The notes under the pieces are model-generated. The model was not told where the DNA came from, did not search any database, and was given only the letters and a program-made list of their open reading frames with translations. 64,000 nucleotides of DNA, from the NCBI GenBank assembly GCA_963734685.1, contig CAVTIC010000001.1, positions 270,417 to 334,416 of the forward strand, written 5' to 3'. Each line of letters opens with the position of its first letter. Within the stretch, counting starts at the first letter, position 1. Positions 8,501 through 16,600 of this stretch are shown here, in pieces. This stretch comes from an uncultured Actinomycetes bacterium. Its GTDB lineage: Bacteria > Actinomycetota > UBA4738 > HRBIN12. A program made the translations under genes and the position numbers.

Positions 8501-10387
8501 ACGTGAGTCGAGCACACCGAAATCGTGGATGTAGACCTTCCCCTCCCCATGGAGCTGCGTGGGGATCTCCTCGACCGCGCGCAGGCCCAGCGCCTCGAGG
8601 ATCGGCATGAACGCGGACAGGTCGACCTTGCCGCCGGTCTTGTAGAGCTTCACCCGGGTCAGCCGCTCGCCCTTGGCCTCGTTCCCGATGCCGACGAGGA
8701 ATCCCTCGGGCTCGGTCTCGACCCGCTCGAGCGCCAGCACGTCGTCGACGATCAGCGCCCACTCATCCGATGCCTTGTAGTAGCTCGGGAACCTCGGCGC
8801 GTACTTCTCGGCCAACACCGGGCCCCGTTCCGGCCCGACCTTGGCGATCAGCGCGTCTCGAAGGTCGTCGTCCCAGCTGCGCGCCAGCCGCTCGACCTCG
8901 CGTTCCAGCTGCTCGTAGGGCACGTCGGGGATCTGGGTGCCCGGATCGACGTGCACCGTGAAGAAGATCCGGGCCGACTCCGTCTCACCCAGCGACAGGT
9001 GGTAATCGACGGTCGATCCGCGGAACTGCGCGAGGAAGTACTGCTGGAGGCGCTTGCGCAGCGCTGCGTTGAACCGGTCGCGCGGCAGTGCGACCACGAC
9101 CGACACGCTGCGCCCGTACAGGTCGCGTCGCACGAGCACGCGGATGCCCCCATGCTTCTCGAGCTGGAGCAGCCCGACCACGAGCAAGCGGAGCTCCTCG
9201 GTGGAGGCCTGGAAGAGTTCGTCCTTGGGGAACGACTCGAACAGCTCCACGACCTCCTTGTAGTCGTGCGAGCCGGGGATCAGGTCCTCGGCGGCGAGGA
9301 TCTGCTCGAGCTTGTGGTGCAGGAGCGGCGTCTTGGCGGCCGGCTCCATGTACGCCTTCGACGTGAACAGGCCGATCAGGCGCGCCTCGCCCACGATCTC
9401 ACCCTCGTGGTCGACGATCCGGACTCCGATGTAGTCCATGCGCGCACGTCGATGCACCGTGGAGTAGGAATTCGTCTTCGAGAACACGAGCAGGTCGCCG
9501 TCCTCGATGCGCGAACGCACGGCGGGGTCGAGATCGGCCAGGCGGGTGGTGTCGGCGAACGCCGAACGCTGCACGTCGGAGAGGATGCCGAGGCCGCTGG
9601 CCGGCACCGTCCGGATCGCCCCCCGGGGCACGCCATCGGCCTCCACCAGCTCGTACTCCCGGTATCCGAGCAGCACGAAGTTGAGCTGCGCGAGCCACTC
9701 CAGGAAGTCGACCGCTTCGCCGACCTCGCCCGGCGGGTACCGCACGGCGGCGGTGCGCGCCAGCTCGATCATGTGCCGGACACGCTCCTGCATCGGCTCG
9801 AAATCCCGCACGACGAGCCGGACGTCGTGCAGGATCCGGCGGGTGCGTTCCTCGAGATCGGGGCGCTCATCGAGCGAGAGCGGCCGGTCGAGCTCGAAGT
9901 GCATCACCGACTCGCGGTGGCTCGCATCGCGGCCGGACATCACGCGTTCGATGCGCCCCTGCTCGTCGCGGACCGTGCCGATCACGGGGTGCAGCAGGCG
10001 GCGGACGGCGAGGCCCCTCGAGAGCAGCTCTTCCTGCACCGAGTCCACCAGGAACGGCGTGTCATCGCTGTTCGTCTCGACGACCGAGCCGACCGCCTCG
10101 TAGCCATCCGTCGCCGGATCCGGATCGAACACCCTCACGGCCGACGGGTGCAGACCCCGTCCGTCGGCGAAGTCGAACGCCGATCGCACGAGCCCGTAGA
10201 GCTGCTCGACGCCCGACGCCTCGAGATCGTCGTTCGAGAGCCGGCGGAGGAAGGCTTTGGCGAAGGCTGAGAGGGCGTCACGCCGATCGGGAGGCGTGCG
10301 CTCGTCGATCGACGCGAGCAAGGCCTGCAACACGGGATGGGGTTCACCCGGCGCGGGAACCGAAGCGGTCTCTGAGCGCGCGTCCAC
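5555..10387 (-). CDS. gdh: NAD-specific glutamate dehydrogenase, large (~180 kDa) type
   Basis: A single 1610-aa ORF. The central catalytic region (…GGIRWSDR…KNAVIVPDGSKGGF…GITARG…VVGIGDMSGDVFGNGML…) and overall size and architecture match the actinobacterial/Pseudomonas GdhB class. Confidence 0.9.
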   Translation of the reverse strand: MDARSETASVPAPGEPHPVLQALLASIDERTPPDRRDALSAFAKAFLRRLSNDDLEASGVEQLYGLVRSAFDFADGRGLHPSAVRVFDPDPATDGYEAVGSVVETNSDDTPFLVDSVQEELLSRGLAVRRLLHPVIGTVRDEQGRIERVMSGRDASHRESVMHFELDRPLSLDERPDLEERTRRILHDVRLVVRDFEPMQERVRHMIELARTAAVRYPPGEVGEAVDFLEWLAQLNFVLLGYREYELVEADGVPRGAIRTVPASGLGILSDVQRSAFADTTRLADLDPAVRSRIEDGDLLVFSKTNSYSTVHRRARMDYIGVRIVDHEGEIVGEARLIGLFTSKAYMEPAAKTPLLHHKLEQILAAEDLIPGSHDYKEVVELFESFPKDELFQASTEELRLLVVGLLQLEKHGGIRVLVRRDLYGRSVSVVVALPRDRFNAALRKRLQQYFLAQFRGSTVDYHLSLGETESARIFFTVHVDPGTQIPDVPYEQLEREVERLARSWDDDLRDALIAKVGPERGPVLAEKYAPRFPSYYKASDEWALIVDDVLALERVETEPEGFLVGIGNEAKGERLTRVKLYKTGGKVDLSAFMPILEALGLRAVEEIPTQLHGEGKVYIHDFGVLDSRGAVLDLGRESENVAATIAAVWRGEAESDSLNRLVTLTDLDWRQVQILRALRRYRMRVSSRYTEEYRNDAMAEHAHISARLVRMFEAKFDPERGASEDEIDEIRQSIHADLREVTSLDQDNILRSLLGTIEAMVRTNAYVPGRSSLSFKLRSARVPEMPKPNPLFEIFVYSPHMEAIHLRGGMVARGGIRWSDRKEDYRTEVLGLMKAQKVKNAVIVPDGSKGGFILRRTPSNPDELRAEVSSQYVTFMRGMLDITDNLVDGSAVHPQHVRIHDAEDPYLVVAADKGTATFSDTANAVSEEYGFWLGDAFASGGSQGYDHKALGITARGAWESVKRHFREIGVDVMTQPFTVVGIGDMSGDVFGNGMLYTAQIKLVFAFDHRHVFIDPDPDPAASFAERQRLFTTPRSTWNDYDRSLMSAGGAVLDRSSKSVTLSAEARDSLGIGGDVPQEMTPAEVIRHALQAPVDLLWNGGIGTYVKATREGHTEVGDRANDPVRVNGDQVRARVVGEGGNLGFTQRGRIEYARTGGRINTDFIDNSAGVDTSDHEVNIKILLGLAIRRGELTMDERNVLMQECADDIVAHVLYDNYQQAQILSQEVELRTQRVEAHEDLMQQLESDDGELERDVEFLPSGDEMVERRAAGEGLVRPELAVLLAYAKRAIFAALVESDLPDSPYLAQDLRAYFPAKIVERFGHLIDEHPLRRELIATIISNDVVNAQGVTFVSRMVTETGASPADAVRAFRIARDVTGAVERWSDVEALDGLIDPGIQNELMSGVDWLVETTSRWYLVRSSGRRLADAVDDARESFRELSGVIDQIGPEAWREEHEHTVRRLEAEGVPAEIARRHAFQAELVHGPDIIAVSHATGRTVLEVARGFFLLGERLELDWLEHQVEDMPRGSRWQRWALQSMEDDLFTLRRSLAEAVLAECGGLPIDEAVEKFLESRDDAYTRLQRFMRSLAVDGMGDLAQLTVALRQIRALIG

Positions 10388-10476
10388 GGGGCCTCATTCT
10401 CGCAGGTCGCCCCAGTCCTGGCGAAGGCTGGAAGGGCCGAACCGCGGCCCGTCGATGTGCCGCCTGGGCCAGCGGG

Positions 10477-11394
10477 TCAGACGTCGGACGCCACGAGCCG
10501 CGCGGCGTGCTCGTCGTAGGTGGCTCGGACGATCGGGAGCAACCCGGTCACGTAGGCACCGCCGACGCACCCCCGACACCAGGCCGACGCGTTGATCGCC
10601 CGCGCCGTCGCCTCCGCGGGGGCGCACGCGCGCAGACTCGCAACGATCGCGCCGTAGCCGTAGGACTCCGCGCCCAGCAGGAGCGTGTCGCGCGAGGCAT
10701 CGAGCCCCTGCTCGAGCGAGACGAAGTGCTTCACGCCGACCTCGTTCATGTCCGTCGCTCCGGGCATGTCGCGGGTGGTCGCGAGTGGGTTGTACCTTGC
10801 CGAGGTCGACTCGGCCGTCTGCCAGGTGACGACGATCAGCAGGTTCTCGTCGCAGGCGGGCGCTTCGAGCCGGCCGAGGAATGCCCCCGCCCAGGCGACG
10901 TACGTGAGAGGTCCTCCGTGCAGCGCATCGCTCGGGTCACCCACCCCATCCCCTGCCGCCGGAGGACGCAGGGCTCGCTCGCGTGCGCGCAGCAGCTCCT
11001 CGAGGTAGGCGCTCCAGGTGTCGAGCTCCGACTGTACCCGGCGTGCCCACGGATCCTTCAACGTCGCCCGCAGGTCACGGGAGGCGCGCATCAGCAGGAA
11101 CGATGGCACCGCCCATCGAGGATTCGGGCGACGGAGCACGTCGTCCACCGGTGATCGCCCTACCCAGGCCACGCGCGCCTCCAGCCGCTCGACCTCGGTG
11201 GCAGCCCGGTCGATCCGCCCGTACCACCGCTCGATGCGCTCGTACCAGCGCTCCACGCGGGCGTGCGCCTTCTCGATGCGGGCGTCGATCGTGCGGAGGT
11301 CGAGATCGGTCGTCGAGGCGGCGGCCGGAGCAGGCGCGGCGGCCGGAACCAGGACGACAGAGAGCAGCAGCATCGTGAGCAGTCGACGGCGCAT
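10477..11394 (-). CDS. secreted hypothetical protein with N-terminal coiled-coil (RWYERIERWYGRI repeats) and a Cys-containing C-terminal domain
   Basis: Signal peptide (MRRRLLTMLLLSVVLVPAAAPAPAAAS). Protein-like composition. No family recognised. Confidence 0.5.
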   Translation of the reverse strand: MRRRLLTMLLLSVVLVPAAAPAPAAASTTDLDLRTIDARIEKAHARVERWYERIERWYGRIDRAATEVERLEARVAWVGRSPVDDVLRRPNPRWAVPSFLLMRASRDLRATLKDPWARRVQSELDTWSAYLEELLRARERALRPPAAGDGVGDPSDALHGGPLTYVAWAGAFLGRLEAPACDENLLIVVTWQTAESTSARYNPLATTRDMPGATDMNEVGVKHFVSLEQGLDASRDTLLLGAESYGYGAIVASLRACAPAEATARAINASAWCRGCVGGAYVTGLLPIVRATYDEHAARLVASDV

Positions 11395-11458
11395 GGACGA
11401 CCGAGGTATCGACCGACGCCCCGTACGTCTTGACCGGAGCGGTTGGTGGCGCGGAGGA

Positions 11459-13351
11459 TCAGGCTCGAGCCGCCTCGACCACCTCGGCGGCGAGGTCGTA
11501 CCGACCGAATTGCGGCACCACGTAGACCCCGGCGACCCCTTCCTCGCGTAGCCCAGCGATCAGATCAGCGGCGATCGCGCGACCCTCGGACCATGCGTTG
11601 TCGCCCGACCCGCGCATCCGCTCACGGATCGCATCGGGGATCGCGATGCCCGGCACCTCGTTGTGCAGGAACTCCGCGTGGCTCGCGCTGACAAGCGGTA
11701 GGACGCCGGCGAGCAGGGGCACGTCGAGGGGCTCAGCTGCCTCCCGCTCGTACGCCACGCGCATCCTCCGCACGGTATCCAGTTCGTAGACGGGCTGGGA
11801 CAGGAGGAACGCGGCGCCGGAACGGACCTTCTTCCTCAGCAGGCGTACCTCGCGCTCGAGATCGATCGCCCCCGGGGCGACCGCCGCACCTGCGAAGAAC
11901 GATGTCGGCTCACCGATCGTCGACCCTCGCCGGTCACGCCCTTCGTTGAAGCCGCTCGTGATGAGCTCGAGCAGGCCGGTCGCCGTGACGTCGACGTCGT
12001 TGATCGTCTGCGGGTACTCACCGATCGACACCGGATCGCCGACGCAGACGAATAGGTTGCGGATGCCGAGCGCGTGCGCCCCGAGCAGGTCGCCCTGCAG
12101 GCGCAGCAGGTTCCGCCCCCGCGTCGGGAAGTGCAGCACCGCTTCGATCCCCGCCTCATCCTGTACGAGGCGGCAGGCGGCCCAGGCGCTCATTCGCATC
12201 TTCGCCATCGGGGAGTCGGCCACGTCGACGACGTCGGCGCCGGCATCGCGCAGCGTGCTCGCCGCCGCGATCAGGGTGGCGACGCTCGTTGATCTCGGCG
12301 GCTCCATCTCGACGGCCACCACGAACCGTCCCGCGGCCAACGACCGCTGCAGCCCGGTCGCAGCGATCGCCGTGGACGCCGGAGACACCTCGGGGACCGG
12401 GACCCACGGCTCGACGCGGACCCGCGGCCCCCGCTCCCGCATCGCCTCGGCGATCGCCGCCGTGTGGGCGGGACCGGTGCCGCAACATCCCCCGACGATC
12501 GCGGCTCCCTCGTCGACCGCGGCGAGCGCGAGCTCGGCCACGTAACGAGGGGTCGCCTGGTAGACGAACCGCCCGCCGACGCGGGCGGGCCCGCCCGCGT
12601 TGGGTCGCGACGCGATGACCGCCCCGTCCGACACGGGCACGATCGCTCGCACGAGCCTGAGCGCTTGCGCCGGACCTTCCCCGCAATTCACCCCGAGTAC
12701 GTCCGCCCCCAGATCGACCAGTCGCGTCGCCACCTCCTCCGGCGTCGACCCGAGCGGGGTGCGATCGTCACGGGTGAACGTCGCGCTCGCGAGAAGGACG
12801 AGGCCGGGCGCCGCGTCCCGCGCGGCCGCGAGGGCCTGCTCCATCTCGCGCAGGTCGGTCTGGGTCTCGATGACGAGTAGATCGACCCCCGCCTGGGCCA
12901 GGGCACCGGCTTGCTCCCGGTAGGCCTCGAACGCGTCACCGGGCTGGACCCGCCCGTAGGGCGCTAACCTGACGCCGAGCGGGCCCATCGAACCACCCAC
13001 CAGCTCGGCGCCCGACCGTCTCGCGAGGTGGACGCCGGCCGAGTTCAACAGCGCGACTCGGTCGCCCAGACCATGCTCCCCCAGACGGTAACGGTTCCCG
13101 CCGAACGTGTTGGTGATCACGAGGCGAGCGCCCGCTGCCACGAATGCCCGGTGGGTGGCTTCGACCCGCTCGGGGTCGTCCGCGTTCCATGCCTCGACGC
13201 AGCCCACGGGCGGCGGCCCTGTGGCGAGCAGCGAGGTTCCGGTGCCGCCGTCAGCGAGCAGCGGGCCGTCCTCCAGCAGCGATCGGAGCGCCTCGATCCG
13301 CATGCCTCGATCGTCGCAGACGGACGTGACGATCGGGCGGAAGCGGGCCAT
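11459..13351 (-). CDS. bifunctional homocysteine S-methyltransferase / 5,10-methylenetetrahydrofolate reductase (YitJ-like fusion)
   Basis: N-terminal Hcy-methyltransferase domain (…ADGGTGTSLL…GGCCGTGPAHTAAI…) fused to MetF/MTHFR (…EMEPP…, FLLSQPVYE…). Start taken at the ATG at 13351 (GAGGAA RBS). The ATG at 13303 (MRIEALRSLL…) aligns better with YitJ N-termini and is the alternative. Confidence 0.8.
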   Translation of the reverse strand: MARFRPIVTSVCDDRGMRIEALRSLLEDGPLLADGGTGTSLLATGPPPVGCVEAWNADDPERVEATHRAFVAAGARLVITNTFGGNRYRLGEHGLGDRVALLNSAGVHLARRSGAELVGGSMGPLGVRLAPYGRVQPGDAFEAYREQAGALAQAGVDLLVIETQTDLREMEQALAAARDAAPGLVLLASATFTRDDRTPLGSTPEEVATRLVDLGADVLGVNCGEGPAQALRLVRAIVPVSDGAVIASRPNAGGPARVGGRFVYQATPRYVAELALAAVDEGAAIVGGCCGTGPAHTAAIAEAMRERGPRVRVEPWVPVPEVSPASTAIAATGLQRSLAAGRFVVAVEMEPPRSTSVATLIAAASTLRDAGADVVDVADSPMAKMRMSAWAACRLVQDEAGIEAVLHFPTRGRNLLRLQGDLLGAHALGIRNLFVCVGDPVSIGEYPQTINDVDVTATGLLELITSGFNEGRDRRGSTIGEPTSFFAGAAVAPGAIDLEREVRLLRKKVRSGAAFLLSQPVYELDTVRRMRVAYEREAAEPLDVPLLAGVLPLVSASHAEFLHNEVPGIAIPDAIRERMRGSGDNAWSEGRAIAADLIAGLREEGVAGVYVVPQFGRYDLAAEVVEAARA

Positions 13352-13481
13352 GGGTTCCTCGACGGTGCGACACCGGCCTGGGTACCATCCGCGGGTGCTC
13401 ATCCGTTCGGACGCAGCCACGACGACCACGGCGACCGTGCTCGCTGCATGCTGGTCGTCGACGGGCGACGGCAACTGAGCG

Positions 13482-14330
13482 ATGGTGTCTCCCCGCCTCC
13501 ACTCGCTGACGGAAGGGCTCCGTCGTCGCCGGGGTGTCGTGATCGGCGTGGCCGCCGTCGTCGTGGTGGCCGCCGGTCTGGCCGTCGTGACGCTGACGCG
13601 TTCGCCCGGACCTCCCACCACGCCGGGCCCGGTCTCCGTCGAGGCATCGACGTGCGACGAGCCATGCGAAACGCTTGCGCCGCGCGTGGTCGTCGAGTGG
13701 CCGCCACCCGTCTCGGGTGCCGACCCCACCGACTATCGGGTCGTGCGAGACGGATCGCTCATCGCCGAGGTCGACGCGGCGCCGCGCATCTACGTGGACG
13801 AGACGGTCATGATGGGCGAGGTGTACGGGTACCAGGTCGTTGCCGTGAGCGGGGAGGGCGACTCGCCTTCGACGGCGTCGGTGGAAGCTACGGTCCCGAT
13901 GCCGCCCCCAGAGGCGGCTCACCTCGACGGCGTCTACCGCGTGAAGCTGACGGTCCGCTCCGCCCGATCGATCGGGTCTGCGTTCGGCATCGCCAACCCG
14001 CTGCCCGGAAAGCGCGGCAGGGACCGGTGGTCGTTCGAGACGACCTGCAGCACCGACACCGGTGCATGCCCGTCGACCTGGTCGGGGCTCGAGGGTGAGA
14101 TCGTCCCGCGAGGATCCCGATGGAAGGGAACCGTGCAGGGCCTCCCTGCCCGGTGCACCGGTCAGGAACGAGCTCCGGCCCCGATCGACGTCGTCCTGGA
14201 AGCGGTGGATGTGGACCTCGAAGGATCGGCCTGGACGGTCACGGGGTTCCGCGGCACGGCGAGCGTCTCGTTCCGGTGCAAGGGGTTCCCGCCGGCCTCG
14301 GCCAAGGTCGAAGTGTCGGGCAGCCACTGA
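13482..14330 (+). CDS. membrane-anchored hypothetical protein with Fn3-like extracellular domain
   Basis: N-terminal TM helix (VVIGVAAVVVVAAGLAVV), then Pro-rich linker and beta-rich domains. No catalytic motif. Confidence 0.45.
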   Translation: MVSPRLHSLTEGLRRRRGVVIGVAAVVVVAAGLAVVTLTRSPGPPTTPGPVSVEASTCDEPCETLAPRVVVEWPPPVSGADPTDYRVVRDGSLIAEVDAAPRIYVDETVMMGEVYGYQVVAVSGEGDSPSTASVEATVPMPPPEAAHLDGVYRVKLTVRSARSIGSAFGIANPLPGKRGRDRWSFETTCSTDTGACPSTWSGLEGEIVPRGSRWKGTVQGLPARCTGQERAPAPIDVVLEAVDVDLEGSAWTVTGFRGTASVSFRCKGFPPASAKVEVSGSH

Positions 14331-14353
14331 TCCCGATCGCTCGACCCGAACCG

Positions 14354-14761
14354 TCATGATGCGACGACCTCGTGGGAGTGGGTCAAAGCGACGACCGGAC
14401 GGAGGGTGGAGGCGACCGAACAGTACTTCGACTCGGCGAGATCGATCGCGCGGCCGGCCTTGCGGTCGTCCACGATCCCGGTGAGGACGAAATGCATGTG
14501 GATCGATCGGAAGGTCCACGGAGGGTCGATATCCTGCTCGCTCGTGATGCGCACCTCGAGCCCTCGTAGATCCTGGCGCTGCTTCCTCAGGATGACGATC
14601 ACGTCGTAGACGGTGCAGGCGGCGAGCGAGATCGGGAGCAGGTCCGAGGGCTTGGCGCCTTGACCCTCGGGATCGTTGCCGGTCATGATCGGGGCCCCGT
14701 ACGTCGCCCGGCTCTCGAACGACAGCCCCTCCCCGGACCAGCGCAGCGTCACCTCGCTCAC
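14354..14761 (-). CDS. OsmC/Ohr-family peroxiredoxin-like protein
   Basis: C-terminal 135 aa of the long track ORF (…LLPISLAACTVYDV…HMHFVLTG…) is OsmC-like. A GTG at 14761 is preceded by GGAAGGAG. The upstream part of the track ORF is antisense to the repeat gene and looks non-coding. Confidence 0.7.
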   Translation of the reverse strand: MSEVTLRWSGEGLSFESRATYGAPIMTGNDPEGQGAKPSDLLPISLAACTVYDVIVILRKQRQDLRGLEVRITSEQDIDPPWTFRSIHMHFVLTGIVDDRKAGRAIDLAESKYCSVASTLRPVVALTHSHEVVAS

Positions 14762-14969
14762 CCGGATGCTCCTTCCATCGACCCTGCTCGCATGCAGTCT
14801 ATGGATGGCCCGCGGAGAGCACTTGCGCCGCCGAGAAGATGGAAGTCGGCGATCGGCCCGTGCGTCTCCGTCGGAAGAACTAGTCCTCGTGAACCACTCG
14901 TTTTTGGGACGCATACTTGCACGGTCCTCGTGAGACCATGCGGTAGGCTCCCGCGCAGATGGGGGTCCA

Positions 14970-16574
14970 ATGGGGGACAGCGAACGCATGAGCGCGCGAG
15001 GTGTCCGCATCGTCGTCGGAGAGGGCCCCTCTACCAGGAAGGGCCTGCTCCGCTTCGTGCTGGACGGCGAGGGGTACGACGTGGTGGCCGAGGCCGCCAC
15101 CACGGCTGAACTCGCGCGCGTCATGGCCACGCACCGACCCGACGTCGTCGTGCTCGACGACGGCATCGGTGCGGTCGCCGTCGGCATGGTCAACGAGATG
15201 TCGCCCGCGACCAAGGTGGTCCTCGTGTGGCCCGGGGCGGTCATGCCGGTGGGCGGCGCCGCTCGGGTCGAGCCCTCGCGTGTGCTCCAGGATCTCGGGC
15301 CCACGGTGGAACGTCTCACCGGCCAGCCGAGCGTCTCGAGCGCGGGGGGCGGCGCAGCCCTCCTCGATCGAGCCGCCAACGATCCGGACATGCTGCGAGC
15401 CATGCTGCTCGGCGGCATGGCCGCGGTCGATGAGCCCATCATCGAGGATCGCGAGCCGGCACCGGTCGTGATCTTGCCGGTGACCCCCACGATCGACCGC
15501 GAGGGCGCGGTCCTGCAGGTTCCCGAGGCAGAGCCGGAAGACGGCGAGGGCGTGAGCGCTCCCGGAGCAGCGGTCGCCGGAGGCGTCGCGGCTGCGGCGA
15601 TCCTCGGTGGCACGACTTCGGCCGCGGCCGCTGAGGGCGCCGGGGCCGCTGTCGAGGCCGGCGCCGGCGCGGGCGGGGTCGCTGCGCGAGGTGCGAGCGT
15701 GGGCGCCCAGAGCGCGCTCAATCGCAGGCTGGGGAACATGGCCCTGGCCGGGGCCGCCGTCGCGAGCGCGCTCGTGCTGGCCCTCGCCGTCGGCAGCAAC
15801 CGGATCCCGATCGACGGCATCAGAGGAGGATCCGCCCCGACCTTCGGACCCGAGACACCCGGCCAGACCGATTCCACGGACGGCACCGGCGAAGGACCAC
15901 CCGGGACCGGCGAAGACAACGGCAACCCCGGCAACGACCAGACCAACGGTGGGTCGACCGAGATCTTCACGAGGACGGGAGGCAGCGACCTCCCGACACC
16001 CACGACCGCTCCTCCCGCACCGACCGGCCCCCCCGATGTCGGCGTTGAACCGGGCGACATCGGGTCCGGGACCGGTGGAGGCGGCGGTGGCGACGACGGT
16101 GGCGGAGGAGGGGACGACGGCGGCGGCGGCAGTGGTGGCGGCGACCCGGACGAAGGTGGCGGCGACGACGACCACGGCGGCGGCGATGCCGGCGGAGGTG
16201 GCAGCGAAGACGACGGTGGCGGTGGCGGTGGCGGTGGCGGTGGCGGTGGCGGTGGCGGTGGCGGTGGCGGTGGCGTGAGTGACGATGACGGCGATGACCA
16301 CGATGACGGCGATGACCACGATGACGGTGATGGCGATGACCACGGCGACGGCGGCGACCACGATGACGGTGATGGCGATGACCACGCCGGAGGGAGTGGC
16401 GACGGTGACGCCGGCGACCGCGACGAGCCGGGCGACGGCGCTGGCAGCGAGGACCCGGCTCACGTCGAGGGCGACGGCGCTGGCAGCGAGGACCCGGCTC
16501 ACGTCGAGGGCGACGGCGCTGGCAGCGAGGACCCGGCTCACGTCGAGGGCGACGGCGCAGATGGCGGGCACTGA
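14970..16574 (+). CDS. atypical receiver (REC)-domain protein with single TM helix and long disordered Gly/Asp/His-rich repetitive C-terminal tail
   Basis: N-terminus resembles CheY-like REC (RIVVGEGPSTRKGLLRFVLDGEGYDVVAEA…HRPDVVVLDDGIG…TKVVLV). The DD acidic pair is replaced by GEG. One TM helix (ALAGAAVASALVLALAVG). Then a G/T/P-rich linker, poly-Gly, (DDGDDHDDG)n and 3x GDGAGSEDPAHVE. Confidence 0.6.
   Translation: MGDSERMSARGVRIVVGEGPSTRKGLLRFVLDGEGYDVVAEAATTAELARVMATHRPDVVVLDDGIGAVAVGMVNEMSPATKVVLVWPGAVMPVGGAARVEPSRVLQDLGPTVERLTGQPSVSSAGGGAALLDRAANDPDMLRAMLLGGMAAVDEPIIEDREPAPVVILPVTPTIDREGAVLQVPEAEPEDGEGVSAPGAAVAGGVAAAAILGGTTSAAAAEGAGAAVEAGAGAGGVAARGASVGAQSALNRRLGNMALAGAAVASALVLALAVGSNRIPIDGIRGGSAPTFGPETPGQTDSTDGTGEGPPGTGEDNGNPGNDQTNGGSTEIFTRTGGSDLPTPTTAPPAPTGPPDVGVEPGDIGSGTGGGGGGDDGGGGGDDGGGGSGGGDPDEGGGDDDHGGGDAGGGGSEDDGGGGGGGGGGGGGGGGGGGGVSDDDGDDHDDGDDHDDGDGDDHGDGGDHDDGDGDDHAGGSGDGDAGDRDEPGDGAGSEDPAHVEGDGAGSEDPAHVEGDGAGSEDPAHVEGDGADGGH
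16215..16275. repeat. (GGTGGC)~10 hexanucleotide microsatellite (poly-Gly coding)
   Basis: ggtggcggtggc… run read directly, inside the REC-repeat gene. Confidence 0.8.
16434..16550. repeat. three perfect tandem copies of a 39-bp unit (gacggcgctggcagcgaggacccggctcacgtcgagggc)
   Basis: The units are identical at nucleotide level. They encode GDGAGSEDPAHVE x3 at the C-terminus of the REC-repeat protein. Confidence 0.85.
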
Positions 16575-16600
16575 ACGCTTCCCCACGTAGCATCACCTCG

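Noticed and set aside
5228-10270. Long plus-strand ORFs (5228..6568, 6662..7780, 8525..10270) overlapping gdh
   Set aside because: They are antisense to a strongly conserved 1610-aa gene. Their products are Arg/Gly/Pro-rich with no motifs. This is the typical GC-rich shadow-ORF artefact.
13352-13481. SAM riboswitch upstream of the MetH-like/MetF gene
   Set aside because: I could not recognise S-box or SAM-IV conserved helices by eye. The region is only 130 nt and is shared with a divergent gene. Left unsupported.
14762-16060. Upstream 430 aa of track ORF 14354..16060
   Set aside because: Only the last 135 aa are OsmC-like and a GTG with a strong RBS marks the real start. The rest is Ser/Thr/Pro/Ala-rich antisense of the repeat region.
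16215-16550. Possibility that the tandem repeats are a CRISPR array
   Set aside because: The units are contiguous with no unique spacers. They lie in-frame within a CDS and no cas genes are present.
14880-16586. 568-aa minus-strand ORF with LDVSRVLAASAVA x3 repeats
   Set aside because: It is the mirror image of the repeat-bearing REC gene. The plus-strand frame has a recognisable N-terminal domain and this one has none.
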